64,000 nucleotides of DNA from a virus. Of this stretch, positions 57,724-64,000 are shown piece by piece; positions within the stretch are counted from its first letter, which is position 1, and the number at the start of each line of letters is the position of its first letter. The stretch covers positions 12,252 to 76,251 of the IMG/VR virus record IMGVR_UViG_3300046660_000513; one strand, 5' to 3'. The notes under the pieces were generated by a model. The model saw only the letters and a program-made list of their open reading frames with translations. It was not told the origin of the DNA and ran no database searches. A program made the position numbers and the translations under genes.

Positions 57724-59568
57724 TCAGCTGGCCCGGTTGCGCAAGATCTCCACCTTGTCCCCGGTGAGCTGCCAGCCCTTCAGAGACTTCCCGGTGGCCT
57801 TGTTCTTGATCACTTTCTCCTCGAACCCGGCAACCTTGGCCTGCGCCACGAACGCGGAAGCCGAGTGCACCCGGTCCTCGATCTTGTTCCCCATGAAAGC
57901 CCTCCAGGCGTCCGCCAGAGTGCGCGGATGAATGAAGATCGCATCACCCTGCATGTCCTCGGTGCGGTAGAACGCCGGAGCCGTCACGAACGACTTGCCA
58001 GAAATCTTGATCGGCTCGAACGCCGCCAGCCCATGCCCCGCCCAGTCTCCGTACTCGTGCAGGGCCCACGGCAGAACATCCGTGGTCAGAGCGTTGTCCC
58101 AGGAGTTCGCATACTTCAAGTCCTCCTGAACCCACGCCCACACACGCTCATAGGTAGAACCCTTCTTGCCCCACGCCTTCGGATCCCCCAGAAGATGATC
58201 CACGAAGCACGCCCCCGCCAGAAGGACCGCGTACTTGTCCCCGAGGCGCCCCGGGCACGGCTTCGTCTCATCGATCAGAGCCTCCACGTCGTCCAGCCAG
58301 CGCAGGATCTCCGCCACGACCGTCCCCGCCATCGCGGCCATACCCTGGGCGCCCGGATACTTGCGCATCAAGGACGTCACGTCGGTCCACTGCGACAGAT
58401 GCTCACGGCCGGGGATCTGGGACTTCCGGTTGGTGGGGTCCGTCAGCTCCAGCAGGATGATCCGGTCCGCCAACGCCTTCTGAGACTTCAGGCCCAAGTG
58501 CTCCCCGGTCAGCAGAATCGTTCCTGTCATGTGGGAGTGCTGCGACGCCTTGAACCCCGACTCGTGCGACCGCATCATCTTCGTGCCGTCCGACGTCGAC
58601 AGCCGCAGCATCTCAAAAACCACCTTCGGTTCATCCAGGTCGTCTATGTGCACGAACCCGGACCGGGTGGAAGCGATCTTCTGCCGGACATCCGGCACCG
58701 TGCCCTGCGACGGACCCGAGGTATTGCCCGTGAGGATCTGCCGGAGCATCGAGAGCGCCCCCGTCGTCTTACCTGACCCGGACGGCGCCTCCACGGCCAT
58801 CACCGGGAAATGGGACGTGTGCTGAATGATCCCGGACTGGACCAGGGACATGACCATCCACGCCGCCACAACCGCGAGAGGCGTTTCGTCATGGAACGTC
58901 AGCACCTGGGACAGAACATCCTTGACCTCGGCCAGACCGTTCTTCGCCATCCCGTAGGAGAACGGGGCATCCCCCGACGTCGACAGCTGAGCCGACGGAC
59001 GGTACGGGGCCGCCAGGTCAAACTTCGTCTCTCCGGGCCTCAGAATGCCCTCGTGTGACACGAACACGTTCAAGTCAGGGTGGTACCCCAGCTGGTCCAC
59101 GATCGTCGCCTCAGGCGGATTCTGGGCGTTGATGTACCGCAGCAGCCGGACCCCCTGGGACACGCCACCACCCAGAGCACCGTCCGGGCACATCACCGAC
59201 ACACCCGCCGACGTCAGCCACAACGTCAGCTTGCGCGGATCCGCGAGCGTTTTCTCATCCAGAATCCGACGGAGTTCCTTCCCATCAGCCTGACGGACAA
59301 TCACGACATCCCAGGCCCGGCGCTCCGTCGTATCATCCGCGATGATCCCAAGCGCCCTGATGTCAAAGTTTCCGTACGGCTCCTCGTCATAGATGTACTT
59401 ACCCGACTCCGTAGGGTCCTTCGCACGCGTACGAACGTGGACCACGCCCTCCTGCGAGCAGAGCCAGCCCGTATCAAGATCAGCGTTAGTAACAAGGGTG
59501 GAGGCAACAGGCGTGTCGGTTGCCTGGGGGGTGCTAGGGGAGATAGTCTCAGACACAGAGAGATGCAC
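57724..59568 (-). CDS. P-loop NTPase, probable primase-associated replicative helicase (DUF927-like)
   Basis: FPV..VEAPSGSGKTT Walker A, VHIDD Walker B, LTGE, DR. Confidence 0.7.
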   Translation of the reverse strand: MHLSVSETISPSTPQATDTPVASTLVTNADLDTGWLCSQEGVVHVRTRAKDPTESGKYIYDEEPYGNFDIRALGIIADDTTERRAWDVVIVRQADGKELRRILDEKTLADPRKLTLWLTSAGVSVMCPDGALGGGVSQGVRLLRYINAQNPPEATIVDQLGYHPDLNVFVSHEGILRPGETKFDLAAPYRPSAQLSTSGDAPFSYGMAKNGLAEVKDVLSQVLTFHDETPLAVVAAWMVMSLVQSGIIQHTSHFPVMAVEAPSGSGKTTGALSMLRQILTGNTSGPSQGTVPDVRQKIASTRSGFVHIDDLDEPKVVFEMLRLSTSDGTKMMRSHESGFKASQHSHMTGTILLTGEHLGLKSQKALADRIILLELTDPTNRKSQIPGREHLSQWTDVTSLMRKYPGAQGMAAMAGTVVAEILRWLDDVEALIDETKPCPGRLGDKYAVLLAGACFVDHLLGDPKAWGKKGSTYERVWAWVQEDLKYANSWDNALTTDVLPWALHEYGDWAGHGLAAFEPIKISGKSFVTAPAFYRTEDMQGDAIFIHPRTLADAWRAFMGNKIEDRVHSASAFVAQAKVAGFEEKVIKNKATGKSLKGWQLTGDKVEILRNRAS

Positions 59569-59654
59569 CTCTCGCTACACCCCCCGACCTGCGACCGGTC
59601 GGGGGGTTCTTACGTTTGTAGGGCAGACCCTAACACGTGGATCACGGCTGACGT

Positions 59655-59923
59655 GGTTACCCCCGAGGACGTAACCGACCGAGTAACTTGATCTTGGTCG
59701 TTCGCCTGTCTAACGATTTGAAGATCATCTTTTACCAAACCCATGGACGTTACGCAGCGGGTACCTTTAAGTTACTTGGCAAAAAGTAACCCAAATACGC
59801 CCTCTGACCTGCATGTTTAATGATCATTACCTGGTTACCTGTGATTTGCATGCCCATACGTGCGCGCATGCGCCTGCGTACGCGCGATGTGTCGTGTCCA
59901 TATTTTCAAAACGGGTAACCGGG
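59655..59923 (+). repeat. ori-like element copy 2 (GTTAC/GTAAC-rich)
   Basis: Colinear homology with 22276-22540; directly upstream of the helicase-like gene. Confidence 0.75.
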
Positions 59924-60088
59924 CTCCGAGGGCTCCGAGAGCCCTGCACGTGGTCGGCTTCAAACTTGCTGCATCGAAGCCTGTGTGGTTCCTGCGGGGA
60001 AGCCTGCGACCAGAAACGTAGAATGGCCAGTACCAACGGAGTCGCAACCGTCGTACTGGCCATCTCTACGCCCTAGGAGGGCTCTCCC

Positions 60089-60567
60089 ATGCTACCGCCT
60101 GGCTACACCGTGCTCGAAGACGGCACGATCCTGGGTAAAAAGGGCATGCCCTTGAAACTCGGTACAGATCGCTACGGCTACAGCCAGTTCAGCGTTCGTG
60201 TAAACGGTAAGAGGAAGACCTTCACAGCCCATAAAGCAGTGTGCGAAGCCTTCCACGGTCCGAAGCCGTTCCCGGAAGCCCAGGTACGTCACATCAATGG
60301 TGTGAAATCGGACAATCGGGCATCAAATCTCCGATGGGGGACACCCTTGGAGAACACAGAAGACAAACGCCTGCACGGGGTGGCTCGGGGTGCTGCACAC
60401 GAGGGCGCCGGAACCATAACGCCAAGTTGACAGAGCAGCAGGTCCGGGACATCCGAGCCCGCTACTCCGCTGGCGGGGTTCTTCAACGAGAGCTAGCCAA
60501 GGAGTTCGGGGTCAGTGCGCGGACCATTTGCGTGATCCTTCAGAGGAAGATGTGGGCACACATCTGA
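60089..60567 (+). pseudogene. HNH endonuclease with frameshift before its C-terminal HTH
   Basis: H..VC.AFHG...VRHING...DNR..NL.WGT..EN in one frame; NHNAKLTE..V..IR in another, junction near 60410. Confidence 0.75.
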
Positions 60568-60733
60568 AATAGCCCGTATTACCGGTCCCCCGGTTAGCGG
60601 CCATCCAATGGTGCTACCGGGGGCCTTCCCTTTTCTCCTCTTGCTTGATTCGGTGGCCGATGCTAGGCAATACTAGGATCATTGGCTAGTATTAGGCGCA
60701 GTCACGATTTCAGGACAGAGCGAGGTAAAGAGG

Positions 60734-62362
60734 ATGGCGGAACGCGAATTACTGTTATCCCCTCAGGATGACGGTGATGCCGTCGAGCTGTCTTCCCGGG
60801 TATACCGCAAGCGGATTCTTCCGCTGGCTACCATCAACTACCGTGGTCGAAAGATCTCGTTTGACGCGCAGTACCTCACCGACCTGGCGCAGTCCTTCAA
60901 CTCAGGGGCCTACGATCAGGTCGCCTTCATGCTGGCCGACACGAACAACGCCCACACGCTGGACCCTGAGAGGTTCCGTGGCGAGGTGCAGGGTGTGGAG
61001 GTCGGGGACGACGGTCTGTACGCCACGATCCAGGTCACCCCTGAAGCCGCCAAGGTGCTGGAGCAGAACCCGAAATTAGGTGTCTCTGCGCGCATCCTCG
61101 AAAACTACGAGCGCTCGGACGGGAAGCAATTCCCCCGGGCGCTTCAACATGTCCTTGGCACTTTGGACCCGGTTATCCCCGGGCTAGGTAGCTGGGAAGA
61201 GGTTGCCCTGTCCAACGGAATCGACCCGGGCAACGTGATTGACCTGTCCGAACATTCCTATGAGGAGTTGGAGCCCGTGGCAACCCGCCAGGAACATTTA
61301 CAGCAGGTGGCTGCGGCTACCGACATGACCGTGGAAGACCTCGAAGCGCTCGGGATGACGGATGACGAGTTGGCGATTTTCGCCTCCGCGTTCGTCGAGG
61401 ATGCGCCCGCAGCCGAGATCGCAGCCGATACCGGCGACGACGAGCTGATCGAAGAGCCCGGCGAGCAGGCCGGTCTTCTTGACGTGTCTGACGACACCGA
61501 CGAACTTCCTTCCGAGGCGGAGATCGAGGCGGCCGTCGAGGCGCTCTCCGACGAGGAGCTGACCGCTCTGGCCGCCGAACTCGGCATCCCTGCCGACGAG
61601 GAGCTGGAGACGGGCGAGGAGGAGGCCACGGCGGAGGCCACGGCGGAGGCCGAGGCTGAGACCGAGGCCATTGCCGAGGAGACCGTCGAGACTCCTGCCG
61701 AACCGACGGACGCCGAACTGGCGGAGCGTCTGGGTACCGGTGAGTTCGGCAGCGGGCTGGAAGACCCGATCGCCGCCGATCCGGACCTGAGCGATCTGTC
61801 TGACGAAGACCTGGCGAAGATGACCGAGATGTGGGAGACCGCCCACAATCTCGATGAGGCTGCCGCGACCGAGGAAGCTGCCGCCGTTGCTGCGGAGGCT
61901 GCCGAATCTTCGGCGACTGCCGAGGAGACTGCCGGGACTGTGGCGGAAGCCACGGAGGTTCCGCAGCTTGTCGGTGCGGGCTCGGTCTCCCTGTCCAACG
62001 AGGCGGGTCCGGAGGTTGTGGCCCTGTCCAACCAGGTGGCGACGCTTCAGCAGCAGTTGGCGATCCAGGGGTTCGACGCCCTCAAGCGGGAGTACGTCCG
62101 CCAGGGCGTTCCTTCAGCTCTGGTCGACCTGGCCCGTCCGATTCTCGTCGCCGGGCAGGCTCTGGAGTTCTCCAACAGCACTGGTGACCGCGTCGATCCT
62201 GCGGCCATCGTGAAGCAGCTTCTAGATTCCGCCACCGGCTATATCGATCTGGCTCGTGAACGCGGCCACAGCTACTCGCCGGAGGCCGAGGACAAGGCGG
62301 CGATGCAGGCCGAGGACGACAAGCGTCTTGCCTCCCTGTGGGGCGAGCAGTACGGCAACTGA
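60734..62362 (+). CDS. capsid maturation protease / scaffold protein
   Basis: N-terminal H...GVSA...HV..T..P protease-like domain, long acidic scaffold-like region, upstream of capsid genes. Confidence 0.8.
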   Translation: MAERELLLSPQDDGDAVELSSRVYRKRILPLATINYRGRKISFDAQYLTDLAQSFNSGAYDQVAFMLADTNNAHTLDPERFRGEVQGVEVGDDGLYATIQVTPEAAKVLEQNPKLGVSARILENYERSDGKQFPRALQHVLGTLDPVIPGLGSWEEVALSNGIDPGNVIDLSEHSYEELEPVATRQEHLQQVAAATDMTVEDLEALGMTDDELAIFASAFVEDAPAAEIAADTGDDELIEEPGEQAGLLDVSDDTDELPSEAEIEAAVEALSDEELTALAAELGIPADEELETGEEEATAEATAEAEAETEAIAEETVETPAEPTDAELAERLGTGEFGSGLEDPIAADPDLSDLSDEDLAKMTEMWETAHNLDEAAATEEAAAVAAEAAESSATAEETAGTVAEATEVPQLVGAGSVSLSNEAGPEVVALSNQVATLQQQLAIQGFDALKREYVRQGVPSALVDLARPILVAGQALEFSNSTGDRVDPAAIVKQLLDSATGYIDLARERGHSYSPEAEDKAAMQAEDDKRLASLWGEQYGN

Positions 62363-62400
62363 CCGGGGCTCCCGGCAGCAACTCTCAAAGGAGATAGATC

Positions 62401-62862
62401 ATGGGTTTGAGCCCCGTCTTCAAGCACGGTTCACCGCAGACTTTCCAGGTCATCAGCTCCGGCACCGTTCGTGCGGGCCGTCTGGTGGAGTACGTCACGG
62501 AGTCCAGCACCACCAAGGTCCAGGAAGCCGCCGTGACCAGCCTCAAGGTGGCCGGTGTCGCGATCGATGACGCCATCGGTACGTCGACTCCGGGTGCGGA
62601 CATCACGTACGGCACGGGCGTCACCCGTCGCGCCTACGACACGTCCACGATGGTCGACACCATCGGCGTTTCCACGTGCGGCGTCTGGAACCTGGTCGCG
62701 GGTGCTGCCGTCGCCGCGTTCGATGTTCTCAAGGCTGGCGCTGCGGGGACCGTCGTGACCTGGGTGTCCGGTACCGACTCACCGGCGGCCATCATCGGGA
62801 TTGCGCAGGCCGCGATCTCCAACGGAGCCACCGGCCCCGTTTCGCTTCGTCTCGGCGTCTGA
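62401..62862 (+). CDS. head decoration / cement protein
   Basis: Small beta-rich protein (AGVA..DA, IG.A) between scaffold and MCP. Confidence 0.7.
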   Translation: MGLSPVFKHGSPQTFQVISSGTVRAGRLVEYVTESSTTKVQEAAVTSLKVAGVAIDDAIGTSTPGADITYGTGVTRRAYDTSTMVDTIGVSTCGVWNLVAGAAVAAFDVLKAGAAGTVVTWVSGTDSPAAIIGIAQAAISNGATGPVSLRLGV

Positions 62863-62902
62863 TCCGTCCGAGCTGAACAGATCTAGAAAGGACGACTGAG
62901 AC

Positions 62903-63823
62903 ATGCCTCAGACCACTGTCGGTACCGTTTCTTCGAACGATGGCTTCCGCCTCACAGTCAACACGCTGCTCAAGCGGCCGACTGTCATCCGGGAGCGCAT
63001 TCTCCGGCTGGCTGACCAGCAGTTCATCACGGACACCGTCTTACGCAAGGTGCAGGACGTGCCGTCTGGCGTTGTTCTGTACAACGAGTCGACTCCGCTG
63101 TACGCCAACGGCGGCCCGTCGGTCGTCGCGGAAGGCGGCGAGATCCCGCTGATCACGGCGAACCTCGGCATCGGCAAGGCGGCCCGCACCATCAAGCGCG
63201 CCTTCGGTATCGAGTTCACCGAGGAGATGCGCCGTCGCAACGACATGGACCGCGTCAACACCTCGATCGCGCAGGTCGTCAACTCCATGAAGGCGGCGTG
63301 GGAGGACGCGTTCCTCTCTTCGGCCATCGCGGGTCTCGCGTCGACTGCTTCCGGTACCGCGTGGGCGACTGCCACGGACGTCCGGTCCACGCTCGCGAAC
63401 GCGATGCTGGCGATCCAGCTCGCTGACGCGGAGTCCACGGACCAGACGGGCGTGCAGAAGTTCGGGTTCGAGCCCGACACTTTGATCCTGCATCACGCCC
63501 GTGCGATGGACCTGGCGCTCAACAGCGACATGAACAAGTACTTCGTCGGCTCCGGCTCCCCGAACTCCGCGTACGCGGACAAGCTGACCCTTCCGGGTCT
63601 GCTCTTCGGCCAGTTCAAGGTCGTCAAGTCGTGGCGTGTCCCCACCAACTCCGCGATCCTCCTGGAGGCCGGGACCATCGGTGGTATCGCCGACGAGCGT
63701 GCGTTGGACGTGACGCCGCTGGAGCACAACAGCACCAACGAAACCTGGCGCTGCAATGTGGTGAGGCAGAGCGCGATCTTCCTGGACCAGCCGAAGGCCG
63801 GTCGCGTCATCACCGGCATCTGA
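62903..63823 (+). CDS. major capsid protein (HK97 fold)
   Basis: VAEGGEIP, G.EFTEE..RRN, PDTL, DQPKA...ITGI; size and position. Confidence 0.85.
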   Translation: MPQTTVGTVSSNDGFRLTVNTLLKRPTVIRERILRLADQQFITDTVLRKVQDVPSGVVLYNESTPLYANGGPSVVAEGGEIPLITANLGIGKAARTIKRAFGIEFTEEMRRRNDMDRVNTSIAQVVNSMKAAWEDAFLSSAIAGLASTASGTAWATATDVRSTLANAMLAIQLADAESTDQTGVQKFGFEPDTLILHHARAMDLALNSDMNKYFVGSGSPNSAYADKLTLPGLLFGQFKVVKSWRVPTNSAILLEAGTIGGIADERALDVTPLEHNSTNETWRCNVVRQSAIFLDQPKAGRVITGI

Positions 63824-63874
63824 TCAAGCAGTTACCCGGCACGGCGACTACACATCGAAGGAGTTACACCAGTC

Positions 63875-64000
63875 ATGGCTGAAGAGAACGTTCTGTTCCG
63901 CGTCACCCGGCCGAACACGTCGATCTTCCACCCGGACCGGGCGGTCAGCCTGCTCCCGGTGCAGACCGGCGGCGAGATCGAGCTTCCTCTCACGACCGCG
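63875..64000 (+). CDS. partial virion gene (truncated by window end)
   Basis: AAGGAG RBS and ATG at 63875. Confidence 0.55.
   Translation, partial: MAEENVLFRVTRPNTSIFHPDRAVSLLPVQTGGEIELPLTTA

Larger units (their letters stand above)
1..64000. mobile_element. Actinobacteriophage / phage-plasmid genome segment (Streptomyces-like)
   Basis: Terminase-portal-MuF-protease-capsid order, endolysin, ParA, resolvase, many short phage-type ORFs; high GC; no host housekeeping genes. Confidence 0.9.

Overview
High-GC (Streptomyces-like) temperate phage genome segment, most likely an extrachromosomal phage-plasmid. It has ParA plus partner, a serine resolvase, prim-pol, a helicase-like gene and a DUF2637/Spd-like gene, and no integrase is visible in this window. 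1-22.2 kb is mostly leftward small accessory genes (ArdC-like, endolysin, EndoVII, resolvase, ParB/DGQHR-like). 22.6-32.6 kb is rightward accessory genes (TerD, prim-pol, RyR, HAD, NlpC/P60). 32.8-40.2 kb is a leftward maintenance/anti-defence block (ParA, dCMP deaminase, ADP-ribosylglycohydrolase, Tad1/Acb2-like, RNase AS, HNH, tRNA-Leu). 44.2-64 kb is the packaging/head module (terminase, portal, MuF, a 1839-aa kinase-like + ADP-ribosyltransferase protein, protease/scaffold, capsid). Main hidden structure: (i) about 40 copies of an extended -10 motif (TGC)TAGGGTAGATAC before accessory genes, several leaderless; (ii) rare TTA (bldA-dependent) codons concentrated at the 5' ends of most morphogenesis genes and within the endolysin; (iii) two ~147-nt non-canonical tRNA-mimic RNAs; (iv) an ADP-ribosylation writer/eraser pair; (v) a duplicated GTTAC-rich ori-like element 37 kb apart. 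All family calls come from motif recognition by eye, not database searches.
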